From contig JAWARQ010000005.1 in the NCBI GenBank assembly GCA_038893355.1, positions 32,001 to 96,000 on the forward strand: a stretch of 64,000 bases of DNA. Reading direction: 5' to 3'. The DNA is from Sulfolobaceae archaeon (GTDB lineage: Archaea; Thermoproteota; Thermoprotei_A; Sulfolobales; Sulfolobaceae). A model generated the notes under the pieces. That model saw only the letters and a program-made list of their open reading frames with translations, had not been told where the DNA came from and did no database searches. How positions within the stretch are numbered: position 1 is the stretch's first letter; each line of letters opens with the position of its first letter. The translations under genes and the position numbers were made by a program. Of this stretch, positions 39,801 to 51,425 are shown piece after piece.

Positions 39801-41396
39801 TTGAAATATATAATTATTACTGGTGGGGTATTGTCTAGCGTAGGTAAGGGTACGGTTGCTGCATCAATTGGATTGCTATTGAAGTCTAGAGGTTATAATG
39901 TAACCTTAGTTAAGATAGATCCTTATTTAAATGTCGATGCAGGCACTATGAATCCATATGCACATGGAGAAGTATTTGTTACTGAAGATGGTGCAGAAAC
40001 TGACCTAGATTTAGGACATTATGAGAGATTCGTAGACATTCAAACGAGTAAGTATAATAATATCACTGCTGGAAAGGTTTATTTCGAGGTTATTAAAAAG
40101 GAAAGAGAGGGTAAGTATTTAGGCCAAACTGTTCAAATAATTCCACATGTAACTGATGAAATTAAAAGTATGATAAGGAAGGCGGGTAAGAATTCTAATG
40201 CAGAGATAATTGTTGTTGAAATTGGTGGAACTGTAGGTGATATCGAGGGTTTACCATTTCTTGAAGCAGTAAGACAACTTAAATTAGAGGAAGAAGATAA
40301 TGTAATTTTTATCCATGTTGCATTAGTAGAATATCTTAAGGTAACTGGAGAACTAAAAACTAAACCATTACAGCATAGTGTTCAAGAACTAAGAAGAATT
40401 GGAATACAGCCAGATATTATAATTGCAAGATCTAGTATTCCTTTAGATGAAGAGACTAAAAGAAAGATAGCATTATTCACAAACGTAAAACCGGAATATA
40501 TCTTTAGTAATTATGATGTAAATCTCGTATATGAAGTTCCTATAGTGCTAGAGGAACAAGGATTAGGAAAAGCGATTATTAAAAAATTAAAACTTGCAGA
40601 TAGAGAGCTAGATCTTACAGACTGGATAAAGTTCATTAATAATCTGAAATCTGCTGAACATGAAGTAAATATTGCATTGGTTGGAAAATATACAAAACTA
40701 AAAGATAGTTATATTAGTATAAAAGAGGCAATATATCATGCATCTGCACTACTTAAGCTTAAACCTAATTTAATTTGGATAGATTCTACTGAACTCGAAA
40801 ATAATAGTGAAGCAATGGAAAAATTAAAAAAAGTTGACGGAATAATAGTACTTCCAGGATTTGGAGCTAGAGGTGTGGAAGGAAAGATTAATGCGATTAG
40901 GTTTGCTAGAGAGAATAATATTCCATTTTTAGGAATTTGTTTCGGGCTTCAGTTAGCTGTAGTAGAGTTCGCTAGAAACGTAATAGGACTTAAAAATGCA
41001 CATACTACAGAGGTAGACCCAAATACTCCACATCCAGTAATAACTTTACTTGATGACCAGAAGAACATAACACAAATTGGAGGTACGATGAGGTTAGGCG
41101 CACAGAAGATAATATTAAAGGAAGATACGTTAATTTATTCAATTTATAAATCCAAAGTCATTACAGAAAGGCATAGACATAGATATGAAGTAAACCCAGC
41201 ATATGTAGATATTCTAGAGAAGTATGGTTTAGTTATATCTGGGGTTAGTGAAAATGGTTTAGTTGAGGTAATAGAGTTACCTTCTCATAAATTCTTTGTA
41301 GCCACTCAATTTCATCCAGAATTTAAGAGTAGACCGTTAAGACCCTCACCACTATTTGTCAGTTTCTTGAAAGCTTGTAGTGGTTTGCGAACTTAA
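39801..41396 (+). CDS. pyrG: CTP synthase
   Basis: [50 protein letters not shown]. Confidence 0.97.
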   Translation: MKYIIITGGVLSSVGKGTVAASIGLLLKSRGYNVTLVKIDPYLNVDAGTMNPYAHGEVFVTEDGAETDLDLGHYERFVDIQTSKYNNITAGKVYFEVIKKEREGKYLGQTVQIIPHVTDEIKSMIRKAGKNSNAEIIVVEIGGTVGDIEGLPFLEAVRQLKLEEEDNVIFIHVALVEYLKVTGELKTKPLQHSVQELRRIGIQPDIIIARSSIPLDEETKRKIALFTNVKPEYIFSNYDVNLVYEVPIVLEEQGLGKAIIKKLKLADRELDLTDWIKFINNLKSAEHEVNIALVGKYTKLKDSYISIKEAIYHASALLKLKPNLIWIDSTELENNSEAMEKLKKVDGIIVLPGFGARGVEGKINAIRFARENNIPFLGICFGLQLAVVEFARNVIGLKNAHTTEVDPNTPHPVITLLDDQKNITQIGGTMRLGAQKIILKEDTLIYSIYKSKVITERHRHRYEVNPAYVDILEKYGLVISGVSENGLVEVIELPSHKFFVATQFHPEFKSRPLRPSPLFVSFLKACSGLRT

Positions 41397-41663
41397 GTCT
41401 ATTATTATTTTGTCATATTTCAGTTTCACTAGCTTTTTTAGACCTTTAATCCCTGGGCCATAACTTATTTCAACAAGTCCTAAGGATTCTAAAAGTGAGA
41501 TCTGACTACTTATATTACCTTTACTCATTTTTAATATTTCACTTATCTCTGTAACTCCTAAACTCTCCTTTCCAATTAATTTTAATATTTTAACTCGGGT
41601 TATCGAGGATAAAGCTTCAGAGATTTTTGCTATATCCTCTGGATTAGATATAATTAATTCCAT
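41352..41663 (-). CDS. ArsR-family HTH regulator
   Basis: [39 protein letters not shown]. Confidence 0.82.
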   Translation of the reverse strand: MELIISNPEDIAKISEALSSITRVKILKLIGKESLGVTEISEILKMSKGNISSQISLLESLGLVEISYGPGIKGLKKLVKLKYDKIIIDLSSQTTTSFQETDK

Positions 41664-41774
41664 AATTAATAAGTCAGAAAATAAAAACTCTTAAATCGAT
41701 TCCCTAATCATAATAATTTAGGGGAGTTTAGTGATATTATATTTATATAGCCAATTTGTACTTACGTTTAATGA

Positions 41775-42056
41775 GTGAATTACTTGAGTCAGACAAAAAC
41801 AGATAGTCCATTAAAAAATCTTAGAACTGCAGTAAATAGAATAGTATTGGTAAAATTAAAAGATGGTACAACTTATATTGGAAAACTAGAACAAAGCGAT
41901 GCTACAATGAATTTAGTATTGAGAGATTCCACAGAAATAAGAGAAGGTACTTCAGAGCCAGTTGCTAAATATGGTAGGGTATTGATAAGGGGAAGTAATA
42001 TACTTTATGTTAGCGTAGACTATGAGACTATAATGAATAAGGAGGGAACTAAATAA
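41775..42056 (+). CDS. Sm-like archaeal protein (SmAP2); start may be TTG 41784
   Basis: Sm1 [22 protein letters not shown], Sm2 VLIRGSNI; upstream of mat. Confidence 0.9.
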   Translation: MNYLSQTKTDSPLKNLRTAVNRIVLVKLKDGTTYIGKLEQSDATMNLVLRDSTEIREGTSEPVAKYGRVLIRGSNILYVSVDYETIMNKEGTK

Positions 42057-42057
42057 A

Positions 42058-43275
42058 ATGAGAAATATAGTAGTGCAACCTTCTAAAATTCCTGACATAA
42101 ATTCATTACCAGTAGAATTAGTAGAGAGAAAAGGAACAGGGCATCCAGATTATATTGCAGATTCCGCTTCAGAAGAAGCTAGTAGAAAGCTTTCTCTATA
42201 CTATCTGAAAAATTATTCCACAATTTTACATCACAATTTAGATAAAACACTAGTTGTAGGAGGTCAGGCATCTCCAAAGTTTAAAGGTGGAGAAGTATTA
42301 CAACCTATATACATAATAGTATCTGGAAGGGCTACAACAGAAGTTAAGACAGAGTCTGGAGTTGAACAAATACCGGTAGGTACGATAATTATTGAGAGTG
42401 TTAAGGAATGGATTAAAAATAATTTTAGATATCTTGATCCTGAGAGGCATGTAATAATTGACTATAAAATAGGAAAAGGTTCTATTGACCTAGTAGGATT
42501 ATTTGAAGCAGGAAAGAAAAGTACTCCACTTTCTAATGATACTAGTTTTGGTGTAGGATTTGCTCCATTTTCAGATTTAGAGAACTTGGTATTTCAAACA
42601 GAAAGGTTATTAAATTCAAGAGAATTTAAAGCGAAGTTACCAGAAACTGGGGAAGATGTAAAGGTTATGGGTTTAAGAAAGGGAAAAGAAATTGATCTTA
42701 CAATTGCAGTTGCTATGATTAGTAAGTTAATAGAAGATCAGCAACATTACTTATCGGTTAAAGAACAAGTTAAAAATGAAGTACTTAAACTTGCATCAAG
42801 ACTTGTTCCAGATTATGAAGTTAGAGTACATGTAAATACTGGAGACAAGATAGAGAGGGGTATATTCTACCTAACAGTAACGGGAACTTCTGCAGAACAT
42901 GGAGATGATGGTATGACTGGAAGAGGTAATAGAGCTACTGGATTAATAACTCCAATGAGACCTATGTCATTAGAAGCTACAGCGGGTAAGAATCCCGTTA
43001 GTCATGTAGGTAAAATATATAATGTTATTGCGAATCTAATAGCAAAAAAGGTTGTAAGTGAAGTTAAGGAAGTTAGGAATGTGCAAGTAGAAATTTTAGG
43101 TCAGATAGGAAGACCAATAGATGACCCGTTAGTGGCAAATGTAGAAATTTCAACATATACTGGCGAAATTACGCAGAATGTAAAGAGAGAAGTTGAAGGA
43201 ATAGTAGATGAAGAATTAGCTAATATTAATAAAATCACGGAAATTATATTAGAAGGAAAGACTATCTTGTTTTAA
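42058..43275 (+). CDS. mat: Archaeal S-adenosylmethionine synthetase
   Basis: [42 protein letters not shown]. Confidence 0.96.
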   Translation: MRNIVVQPSKIPDINSLPVELVERKGTGHPDYIADSASEEASRKLSLYYLKNYSTILHHNLDKTLVVGGQASPKFKGGEVLQPIYIIVSGRATTEVKTESGVEQIPVGTIIIESVKEWIKNNFRYLDPERHVIIDYKIGKGSIDLVGLFEAGKKSTPLSNDTSFGVGFAPFSDLENLVFQTERLLNSREFKAKLPETGEDVKVMGLRKGKEIDLTIAVAMISKLIEDQQHYLSVKEQVKNEVLKLASRLVPDYEVRVHVNTGDKIERGIFYLTVTGTSAEHGDDGMTGRGNRATGLITPMRPMSLEATAGKNPVSHVGKIYNVIANLIAKKVVSEVKEVRNVQVEILGQIGRPIDDPLVANVEISTYTGEITQNVKREVEGIVDEELANINKITEIILEGKTILF

Positions 43276-45100
43276 GGCGAGATGCTCTATATTCATTGAT
43301 TATCTTATACAAATCGAGTTTAGAGGATTCAAAGATGTTCCTTTCTTGCCTTAATATCTCTACATCTTCTATTATTTTATTATCTATAATTATAAAATTA
43401 CTACCTATATATTTTGCTATCTCTTTATTAACTCTTTCGTCCATAATATATAATTCACCATTTTCAAATCTTAGCCTACCCTTACTTTCACCATCTCTTA
43501 TTATTAAATAATTACCTCTAGATAAATTCTCTATAATATCCTTTAACTTATCTATCTCAGATTTATAAAAATCTATCTGTAATTGTAAATTTTTAATAAT
43601 TTTGCTTTTATCTTTTAATTGTAATTCTAGTTCATAAACTTTTCTATCTTTTTGAATATCTATATTTATACTTCTCTTTAATTCATCTAATCTCCTCTCA
43701 ACTTCTTCCTTCTCTCTAATTAATTTCTTTGTTAATAACTTATACCTTTCCAGTTCTCGTTTTAATTCAATTAGTTCTCTTTGTTTTTCAGGATCCTCTA
43801 TTATCTTATTCACATTACTTAAGATATTCTTTTTACTTAACTCTGAGTCAAAAGTTTTAGAATCATATGAAATAGATTTTTCTATCTCTTTCTCTATACA
43901 ACTTGAAACTGAATTCTCTTTTGCTATACACTCTAATATCTCCTCTTCATCTACATCTAATTCGAGTCTACTTATTATACTTTGAGCTTGCCTAAACTTT
44001 TCTTCTAACTCACGATATGCAGTAATTGCTGCAACTAATGAGTCTCTTATGTGAGTATTTTCTACCTTTAATCCAGAATCTTTAATAAAGTCAAAAACTA
44101 TTCTTTGCTTTTCGTCAACTGTTAGAGGTTTAGATTGATAATATATTCTTGAGCCGGTAATAGATGCTATTTTCTTTACAGCGTCTGGGACTTCTTGAAC
44201 GTCTGTTGCAATTATAACTGGATACCCATAGTTAGAAATTATATTTACTATATCATCCCTATCAATTCCACGCTTACTCGTCATTAGTACAATATTTCCA
44301 TAAAGGTCTAATGCTGATATACCAACTTCTATACCGGGGTCAATACCGACTATTAATGGCTTTTTCCTTGACTTTATATCACTTTCAAACTTTATCTTAG
44401 TCTTTAGTACTGGCTTTATATCTACAACAACATCATGCCCCTTCATTTTCTTTATTATACCATATAGTGATTCACGTGGAGAATATACTATAAATACTGC
44501 CCTTTCTATTCCACTCTTTGATCTTTTTACAATTAAGTCATAGTCAAAACCATGGGAATCTAGTTGTTCTTTTATTCTCTTCGTTACCCTTAGAACAAGC
44601 CCCCTTAAATGCCTTTTATATCTGTTCTGACTCATCCCGCCTGGACCTAAACTTCTCCCTCTAGATACTATTATCTTAGTTTTAGTCTCAACTGCCTTTA
44701 TCTTAGTTCCGATACCCCGAAGTGCTAAAAAGGCACATAAATAAGCAGTTTTTGATGGAGATAATTTCCCTTGGATATCATTGAAAAAATTTTTTGCCAA
44801 CTCCTTAATATCTTTAAATTCTCCATTTACATATGTTACCTGAATTATTGATAAGTCTGAAGGTAGCAAGGAGATTATACGCCTTAGGACCCTCTCGTCA
44901 CTTCCGAGTTCATAAATATTATCTAAAGCAAGTATAGTAGGCCTAAATTCCCATATTAATCTTATTAGGCGTGCTAAGGTTACTTCTTCAGACTTATATT
45001 CTATCTCGTTCTTATCATTTAGTATTACAACAGAATATTTAGCTTGCTTTATTGAAGAAGGGCTCGAACCCGTTTCTAAATCCACTCCAATTACTCTCAA
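43262..45100 (-). CDS. DUF460 protein (RNase H-like folds plus coiled coil)
   Basis: [40 protein letters not shown], long coiled coil. Confidence 0.85.
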   Translation of the reverse strand: MRVIGVDLETGSSPSSIKQAKYSVVILNDKNEIEYKSEEVTLARLIRLIWEFRPTILALDNIYELGSDERVLRRIISLLPSDLSIIQVTYVNGEFKDIKELAKNFFNDIQGKLSPSKTAYLCAFLALRGIGTKIKAVETKTKIIVSRGRSLGPGGMSQNRYKRHLRGLVLRVTKRIKEQLDSHGFDYDLIVKRSKSGIERAVFIVYSPRESLYGIIKKMKGHDVVVDIKPVLKTKIKFESDIKSRKKPLIVGIDPGIEVGISALDLYGNIVLMTSKRGIDRDDIVNIISNYGYPVIIATDVQEVPDAVKKIASITGSRIYYQSKPLTVDEKQRIVFDFIKDSGLKVENTHIRDSLVAAITAYRELEEKFRQAQSIISRLELDVDEEEILECIAKENSVSSCIEKEIEKSISYDSKTFDSELSKKNILSNVNKIIEDPEKQRELIELKRELERYKLLTKKLIREKEEVERRLDELKRSINIDIQKDRKVYELELQLKDKSKIIKNLQLQIDFYKSEIDKLKDIIENLSRGNYLIIRDGESKGRLRFENGELYIMDERVNKEIAKYIGSNFIIIDNKIIEDVEILRQERNIFESSKLDLYKIINEYRASRLKTR

Positions 45101-45108
45101 TGTCTCAC

Positions 45109-45969
45109 CTAACTTGTAATATAATTTATAATTTCATTTAAATCTCTATTTATATTATATTTCTTTTTAAAATATTTTAAGATATTTTGAATATCCCTTA
45201 CTAACATATCAATATTATTCTTTTGAGCTTGTGGCCAATCGATTATAAATATTTTATTTTCATTTATATCATATAAAACGTTATAGGGACTTAAATCACC
45301 ATGGATAATACAGTCACAGTATTTATATGCTATACGTAAAGTTGCAAATATGTCATTTAATGCATCTTCTGGATTTTCTAGATTTAATTCTGTAATTTCC
45401 CTACCTTCAATGTAATCCATAACTACTGCATTATATGCATACCCATAAACCTTCGGCACATTCCCTCCATTTTCAGAAATACATTTTAATGCTTCGTACT
45501 CTCTTCTTGCATTTTCAACTGATATAGAGATCCAGTCTTTTCCTTTAAAATTCCTTAGCCTTTTAGCATTCTTAAAGCTCGACCTACCTATTCTATGGTA
45601 TTTAACTACAACAGTTAAATCTTCAGATGTTTTTGCAAAATATACATTACTTTCCTTTCCTTCACCAATTATAATTCCTAATGATTTAATAATGTTAGAA
45701 CTCGCTAACGTCTTTGTAGCTAAAACATCTAGCCCACTAAAATTTAATCTATAACCAACAATACCATTAGTGTATTTATATATTAGCCTTAATTTAGTTA
45801 ATTTCAAAATTGAGTCTTTTAATTCATTTTCACTCATTTTCGAACTAGCTTTAATTACATCTAGAGGAACTCTTTCATATCTGGTTCTTAATTCATATAG
45901 AATTTTAAGCACTTTGTAATCATTAGGCATTATTAATGCTACTTTTTCCGCTAATGTAGTAACTCTCAT
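45109..45969 (-). CDS. rio2: RIO2 serine/threonine kinase
   Basis: N-terminal wHTH, GEGKESNVY, KYHRIGRSSF, HGDLSPYN, IDWPQ. Confidence 0.92.
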   Translation of the reverse strand: MRVTTLAEKVALIMPNDYKVLKILYELRTRYERVPLDVIKASSKMSENELKDSILKLTKLRLIYKYTNGIVGYRLNFSGLDVLATKTLASSNIIKSLGIIIGEGKESNVYFAKTSEDLTVVVKYHRIGRSSFKNAKRLRNFKGKDWISISVENARREYEALKCISENGGNVPKVYGYAYNAVVMDYIEGREITELNLENPEDALNDIFATLRIAYKYCDCIIHGDLSPYNVLYDINENKIFIIDWPQAQKNNIDMLVRDIQNILKYFKKKYNINRDLNEIINYITS

Positions 45970-45988
45970 TCTTACTATTATTTACTCT

Positions 45989-47788
45989 TTATTCTATCTT
46001 TATTACTTTATCTATTTCTGACTTACCTGGAAGTGCCCTTATAATTTCATCTTTTAATACACTTAGACCTTTCAAATTAAGCTCTTTAGTTAAGATTTTT
46101 AAAATCTTTTCAGAAAGTTTTGATGGATCCGTATTTCCTGGAACTATTTTAAAATATATCTTGTAAGCCCTATTCTTTACTACCCTCTCACTTCCAACTA
46201 TTACCCTAAAACTATTCTCAATCTTCTCAAGACCAAGATACAATTCTAACTTTACTTTAACATAATTCTTCTTACCATAAATCATAAATGAACCCTTTTG
46301 TAAATATTCACCACTTGGTGGTGATTTAGAAACTTGAGATCCATAAACCCAATATACTTCTATAGAACCGAAACCAATTTTCCATGCCTTCGAATAACAA
46401 CCTGCTATTAATGCTGCATCATTTATATCATCTTCGCTAAACTTACCATCATCTGTCTTTAATACCGTAGCCGCAGCGCCTTGAATGTCCGCATGTAAGA
46501 ATATATCCTTATTGGTCAAGTATTTTTTAACTATACTTTCGTTTTGGCTTATATCCCTTCCCGCTAAAACTAAGAGATTATTGACTGTAAATGACCATCT
46601 ATATCTCTCATACCATTCCCTCTTCTTTATAGAAATTTTAACTTCTTCTTTTTTTTCTAGAATTTCTCTTTCTATTTCCATTAACCTCTCTTGAAGTTTC
46701 TGGATCGAATTCATAGCAGATTTAATCTTTTCTTCATATTCTTTTGCAATTTCATAATAGATTGACGCATTTTTGCCTATAGAGATCTTAGGATCTATCT
46801 CAACTTCTAATCCTTCTAATTGTAATATTATTTTATCTGATTTTATATCTTTTCTAAATTTTTGAGAATTAATAATTTCCTGAACATCCTGCATTTTTAA
46901 CATTAATAAATCTGCGATTTTTCTTGCTTGTTCTGCTTTAATTCTAAAATTAGAAATTTCGGACTTAATACTTTCTATAGTGTTAATTATCTTTTGTCTC
47001 TCTTTCTCTAATTCTTCTTTTAGCTTCTCCTCACTCTCTTTTTTCTCTATTTCTAAAAAATATTCGTCTAAGGCTTCATTATAGCTCCCTGAATACTTAA
47101 TACATCCCTCTACATTAAAGGGAACTATAGTATCTCTAACCTTACACGGAACTATATTACCACTTTTTATATTGTTTTCAATTTCTTCAATTTTTTTCTT
47201 TATTATTTCAATTTCTTCAATTTTACTAATTTTAAGATTTAATAATTCTATAATCTCTTGAGGTATTCCTAATATTTTAGATAAATTTCCTTTTTTAAGA
47301 ATTTTTTGAAAATCATCTTCTTTTAATTCTTGTCGCGGCGGTAAAACATATTTTAAATTAAGCTTTATTTTTCTGTCTTTCATCTCTCTATACTCACTTG
47401 CAAACAATATTACGTCTTCAAGGTTAGTTACTACTAAAACTCCTCTAGGTATTATCTCGATATATATAATATTTCCGTTACTTAAGGTAATTTTGACTAT
47501 TCTTTCTCTATCTATTACTTCTATATTCTGTACTATAGAGTCCCTTACTAATTCTCTTAATTTCATTACCTTAGAATCTAACTCCTTAAGCCTCGTGTAC
47601 TTAGTAAGATGAATTCTCTTACCCGGTTCAATTAGCAGAAATTTTTCTAAATTCTTGCATATTAATCTAAAAACATATACATTTCCGCTTATAGTAGAAA
47701 ATACATTATCAACTCTACACCCTACAATTTCATTATTCATCTCGTAAACAGCAGAAAGTATATCATAATAGTTCATTGAATTCTTCAA
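45989..47788 (-). CDS. rqcH: Ribosome quality-control factor RqcH/NEMF (NFACT)
   Basis: IEPGKRIH, WYERYRW, GRDISQNE, HADIQGA, QVSKSPPSGEYLQKGSFMIYG. Confidence 0.92.
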   Translation of the reverse strand: MKNSMNYYDILSAVYEMNNEIVGCRVDNVFSTISGNVYVFRLICKNLEKFLLIEPGKRIHLTKYTRLKELDSKVMKLRELVRDSIVQNIEVIDRERIVKITLSNGNIIYIEIIPRGVLVVTNLEDVILFASEYREMKDRKIKLNLKYVLPPRQELKEDDFQKILKKGNLSKILGIPQEIIELLNLKISKIEEIEIIKKKIEEIENNIKSGNIVPCKVRDTIVPFNVEGCIKYSGSYNEALDEYFLEIEKKESEEKLKEELEKERQKIINTIESIKSEISNFRIKAEQARKIADLLMLKMQDVQEIINSQKFRKDIKSDKIILQLEGLEVEIDPKISIGKNASIYYEIAKEYEEKIKSAMNSIQKLQERLMEIEREILEKKEEVKISIKKREWYERYRWSFTVNNLLVLAGRDISQNESIVKKYLTNKDIFLHADIQGAAATVLKTDDGKFSEDDINDAALIAGCYSKAWKIGFGSIEVYWVYGSQVSKSPPSGEYLQKGSFMIYGKKNYVKVKLELYLGLEKIENSFRVIVGSERVVKNRAYKIYFKIVPGNTDPSKLSEKILKILTKELNLKGLSVLKDEIIRALPGKSEIDKVIKIE

Positions 47789-47848
47789 TTCCTTCAGCCT
47801 TATGCTTAAGAAGTAATAAATTCTAAAAAGTTAAAAAGGTTCTATTAT

Positions 47849-48097
47849 TTGATGAATACTGAAGATAAGATACTTATAGCTAGAAGTATCTTAGGCTTCA
47901 TAGGCGGTATTATCTCTGGAGTATTATCTTTATTTAATATAAACATCAGCTTATTTATAATAATAATAATATATTCTTTATCTATTTTTATATCTAAAAT
48001 TTTTGGAGCCTCTTCTAAATATGATTTATATTTAAGAGGAACATTAGTATTCTTTATATCTTGGTTTTTAATACTTCTCGTTATTTATAATATATAG
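47849..48097 (+). CDS. Small three-TM protein, EMC6/Rab5ip-like
   Basis: RSILGFIGGIISGVL, GTLVFFISWFLILLVIYN; three hydrophobic segments. Confidence 0.55.
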   Translation: MMNTEDKILIARSILGFIGGIISGVLSLFNINISLFIIIIIYSLSIFISKIFGASSKYDLYLRGTLVFFISWFLILLVIYNI

Positions 48098-48101
48098 GAA
48101 A

Positions 48102-48659
48102 ATGCAATCTCAAAAATTTATAGTAGATGCAATGCTAGGTAGGGTTGCTAGATGGCTTAGAATATTAGGTTATGATACCCTATACTCAAGAACTGCAGAA
48201 GATTGGTGGCTATTAAAGAAGGCTAGTGAGGAGAATAGAATTTTAATTACTAGGGATAGGGGGTTGTACATAAGGGCTAGAAAGAAAGGTATTGAATGTC
48301 TCCTATTAAATACTAATGACGATATAATTCTTAATTTGGCTAAAATTGCAAAAAAATACAAAATAGATTTAGATATAAGCATAGAAGCTTCTAGATGTGC
48401 TTTATGTAATTCCGTTTTAGAGAAGATTGATAAGGAACGGTGGAGGTGTAGTAAATGTAAAAAAGAATATTGGAAGGGAAGGCATTGGAAGACAATGAAT
48501 GAGATACTTTTTAAGGCTAGGATGTTAATATTACGAGATGAAAGAGGAGAGCGAATTAGTGAGATTAGAAGAAATAGACGATACGATAGGGAGAATGTTA
48601 ATACAGATAGCAAAGAAGGCAGTATTTCAAAGATTCGGGTTAGAGAAATTAAATCTTAA
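48102..48659 (+). CDS. Mut7-C (DUF82) PIN-like RNase with Zn ribbon
   Basis: [44 protein letters not shown]. Confidence 0.88.
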   Translation: MQSQKFIVDAMLGRVARWLRILGYDTLYSRTAEDWWLLKKASEENRILITRDRGLYIRARKKGIECLLLNTNDDIILNLAKIAKKYKIDLDISIEASRCALCNSVLEKIDKERWRCSKCKKEYWKGRHWKTMNEILFKARMLILRDERGERISEIRRNRRYDRENVNTDSKEGSISKIRVREIKS

Positions 48660-49212
48660 TGAGTATAACCACGAGGTATTAAACAAGAAGGGTTTAGCGT
48701 TTGTAACGATAGAAGAGTTAAGCGGGAATACTTACTCACTGAGGGGTTGTATTGGGTTTGTAGATGCAGTAGCACCATTGAAAGAGATAGTGGCCAGGGC
48801 AGCAGTTGCTGCCGCGTTCTCAGATCCACGTTTTCCACCATTAAGTAAAAATGAACTTCCTAGAATTATTTTTGAAGTTACAGTACTAACTAAACCTGAA
48901 GAAATAGTTATAGAGAATAGATGGGATCTTCCTAAATTAATAAGAGTTGGAGAAGATGGACTTTTAGTAGAGTATGGAATTCTTTATAGTGGACTCTTAC
49001 TCCCCCAAGTACCTATAGAGTATAACTGGGATGAGGAGACTTTCTTAGCTGAAACCTGTATTAAAGCAGGACTTTCACCAGACTGTTGGCTAGATAAGAG
49101 GGTTAAGATAAAGAGGTTTAGTGGATTAATTATTAGAGAGATTGAGCCTAATTCATCTCATGTAAGGGTTTATAAGCCTTTCGAAGTAGGCAAAAAAAGA
49201 CCATATCATTAA
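48538..49212 (+). CDS. AMMECR1-family protein (TIGR00296)
   Basis: [27 protein letters not shown]. Confidence 0.92.
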   Translation: MKEESELVRLEEIDDTIGRMLIQIAKKAVFQRFGLEKLNLNEYNHEVLNKKGLAFVTIEELSGNTYSLRGCIGFVDAVAPLKEIVARAAVAAAFSDPRFPPLSKNELPRIIFEVTVLTKPEEIVIENRWDLPKLIRVGEDGLLVEYGILYSGLLLPQVPIEYNWDEETFLAETCIKAGLSPDCWLDKRVKIKRFSGLIIREIEPNSSHVRVYKPFEVGKKRPYH

Positions 49213-49269
49213 TTTAATAAGACAATTTTTTAAGTAGCCTAACGTGTTATAAAAATATAGGGTTATAAG

Positions 49270-49965
49270 ATGTCAGAATATGAAGAATTCTTTACGGAAG
49301 AAGTAAGAACTGCACTTGCTGAAGCACTAAGGGACATGAAAGATCCAGTTGATGTTTATGTATTCATTGACTCTAATGATAGAACATGTAGATATTGTCA
49401 AGTTACAAAAAGATTCTTAGAGTTTATGAGTGAAAACTCGCCTAAGGGGGCTGATGGTAAGTTATTAAGAGTTCATGTAATTGATAAGGCAAAAGATGAA
49501 AAATTATTTAAAGAGTTCAATGTTGAAAGAGTTCCTACAGTTGCTCTATTAAATGGAAAAATTAGATGGACAGGAACGCCTTTAGGTGAAGAAGTAAGAG
49601 CGTTGGTAGAGACTATTATTAGGATTTCTCAAAAAGAGAGCGGGTTAAGTGAAACTACAAAGCAAATAATTAGGAGTAAATTAAACGGAGAAGTATTAAT
49701 AGAAACTATAGTCACACCATCATGTCCATATTGTCCGTATGCTGCATTAATGGCTAATATGATAGCATACGAATCTTGCATAGTAGGTAAGTGTAATGTA
49801 GTTTCTGATATAATTGAGGCATATGAAAACCAGGATATTGCAGAGAAGTATGGTGTAATGTCAGTTCCAACAATGGCAATTAATGGAAGTGTAGAATTTA
49901 TAGGAGTACCATATGAAGAGAATTTAATACAAACTATAATTGAAAAGTCTAACTCGGGACAGTAA
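49270..49965 (+). CDS. pdo: Protein disulfide oxidoreductase (two thioredoxin folds)
   Basis: CRYC and CPYC motifs, VERVPT, GVMSVP. Confidence 0.9.
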   Translation: MSEYEEFFTEEVRTALAEALRDMKDPVDVYVFIDSNDRTCRYCQVTKRFLEFMSENSPKGADGKLLRVHVIDKAKDEKLFKEFNVERVPTVALLNGKIRWTGTPLGEEVRALVETIIRISQKESGLSETTKQIIRSKLNGEVLIETIVTPSCPYCPYAALMANMIAYESCIVGKCNVVSDIIEAYENQDIAEKYGVMSVPTMAINGSVEFIGVPYEENLIQTIIEKSNSGQ

Positions 49966-50053
49966 ATACTTAAAAAGAATCTTATTTAGTACTCTGGTCT
50001 TAGATTATGCAAACTTATATGAATTTAAATCTAAAAGGTTTTTGTGAAGAAGT

Positions 50054-50728
50054 TTGAAACATATCATAATAAAATTATCAGATGAAGAGTATAGGGAGAT
50101 AGAGAAAAGGGCCAGAGAGGAAGGATTTGCTTTATTATCTGAATATGTAAAGGCTGTATTATTTGGAAAATACAAATATGAGAGTGGAATGGCTGATATT
50201 TCTCAGATAAGTAGCAAATTAGAAAGAAAAATTCAAGATTTGTTAAACCCTTATACTTCAGAGATACAAGAGCTTAAGAAAAAGATAGGAGAAATTCTTG
50301 AGAGGTTAGAAGATATAGAATCTATAATTAAGCAGAGTAGAGAAATAAAGAAGATTGAAACAACACAGAAAACCGAAAAGCAGGAAGTGAAATCAACACA
50401 GAAAACCAGAAAGACTGCTATGGAAATACTTGAGCAAGAAGGTATTATGCTTGAGTCAGAAATTAGAGTAAAAAATCCAGATATGCTATTTGATAAATTG
50501 GAAAGGCAAGGTGCAAAGGTAATAGAGACAGACTCTGGTAGAATCGCTATACATCCTAAGTTCTGGGAGGAATTTAGTAAGAAGATTTCAAATATACATT
50601 CATCAGATGTAGAAGAAGTTTCAAATAAATTAGACGAGAAAAGTGCTAAACTATTTAGAATATTCGTAACTAAGGGTCTTGCATATTATGACGGGAATTC
50701 TAAAGTTTGGAAGTTTCTTGTTGATTAA
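50054..50728 (+). CDS. Ribbon-helix-helix (CopG-like) protein with coiled coil and C-terminal domain
   Basis: [30 protein letters not shown] signature. Confidence 0.75.
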   Translation: MKHIIIKLSDEEYREIEKRAREEGFALLSEYVKAVLFGKYKYESGMADISQISSKLERKIQDLLNPYTSEIQELKKKIGEILERLEDIESIIKQSREIKKIETTQKTEKQEVKSTQKTRKTAMEILEQEGIMLESEIRVKNPDMLFDKLERQGAKVIETDSGRIAIHPKFWEEFSKKISNIHSSDVEEVSNKLDEKSAKLFRIFVTKGLAYYDGNSKVWKFLVD

Positions 50729-51242
50729 ATTTAGGTAATGTTACTCCCCTTTGACCTTGATATTTTCCCCTATACGGGTTTTCTACTGGTGTTAGGGTTT
50801 TTGCGAAAATTAAGTGAAGAAATCTTGTACCTCTCCTTAGCTTTATAGGAAACGATGATCCAACGACCTCAATAGTTAATTCGCCCTCAAATCCTGCATC
50901 AACAATTGTTGGGGGTATGAATAGTCCTAACCTTGCAAAGGATGACCTTAAATTTACAAAGGCCATAATGTCATGCGGTAATCTTACGTATTCTTCAGTA
51001 GTAAGTAAAACATGCTCAAATGGATGAATTATAAACTCCTCACCTCTTTCCTTGATGAAAAATTTTTCCATATCTTGGTGGCTATAAATATCAAATACCT
51101 CATTAGTTGGTCTAAATCTTACTATTTCCTTCCCCACCCTTAAATCAACACCGTTTTCCCTAATACTATCCTCCCTCAATGGCTCAATTACTATCCAACC
51201 TTTCTCTAGGTAGTATTTTAAATCTCTATCCCCTAATATCAC
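50700..51242 (-). CDS. dcd: dCTP deaminase
   Basis: [36 protein letters not shown]. Confidence 0.93.
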   Translation of the reverse strand: MILGDRDLKYYLEKGWIVIEPLREDSIRENGVDLRVGKEIVRFRPTNEVFDIYSHQDMEKFFIKERGEEFIIHPFEHVLLTTEEYVRLPHDIMAFVNLRSSFARLGLFIPPTIVDAGFEGELTIEVVGSSFPIKLRRGTRFLHLIFAKTLTPVENPYRGKYQGQRGVTLPKFNQQETSKL

Positions 51243-51334
51243 ATCAATTAACTTACAGTTATACCGTTTTTAAATATTTGGTGATTTAATATAATTGTGA
51301 AGTGTTTCATTATACCCAACAAGAATAATCTTAG

Positions 51335-51384
51335 TCAGAGTAACTCTGAATCTTCATTCTTCTGAATTGCCGGGTTTTCATCAT
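51335..51384 (-). ncRNA. Double-guide box C/D sRNA (predicted 23S A1913 and G1945 equivalents)
   Basis: Minus strand ATGATGA-AAACCCGGCAATT-CAGA-AGA-ATGAAGA-TTCAGAGTTACT-CTGA in the dcd/lig intergenic region. Confidence 0.88.
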
Positions 51385-51425
51385 AGACAATAATTACAAA
51401 TACCTTTACTCCGAATATTATTTTT

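Noticed and set aside
48538-48659. 122-bp overlap of Mut7-C and AMMECR1 (also hemA/hemB and pyrG/ArsR overlaps) as possible frameshifting
   Set aside because: Each gene is complete on its own; short tail overlaps are common in compact archaeal genomes and no slippery site was evident
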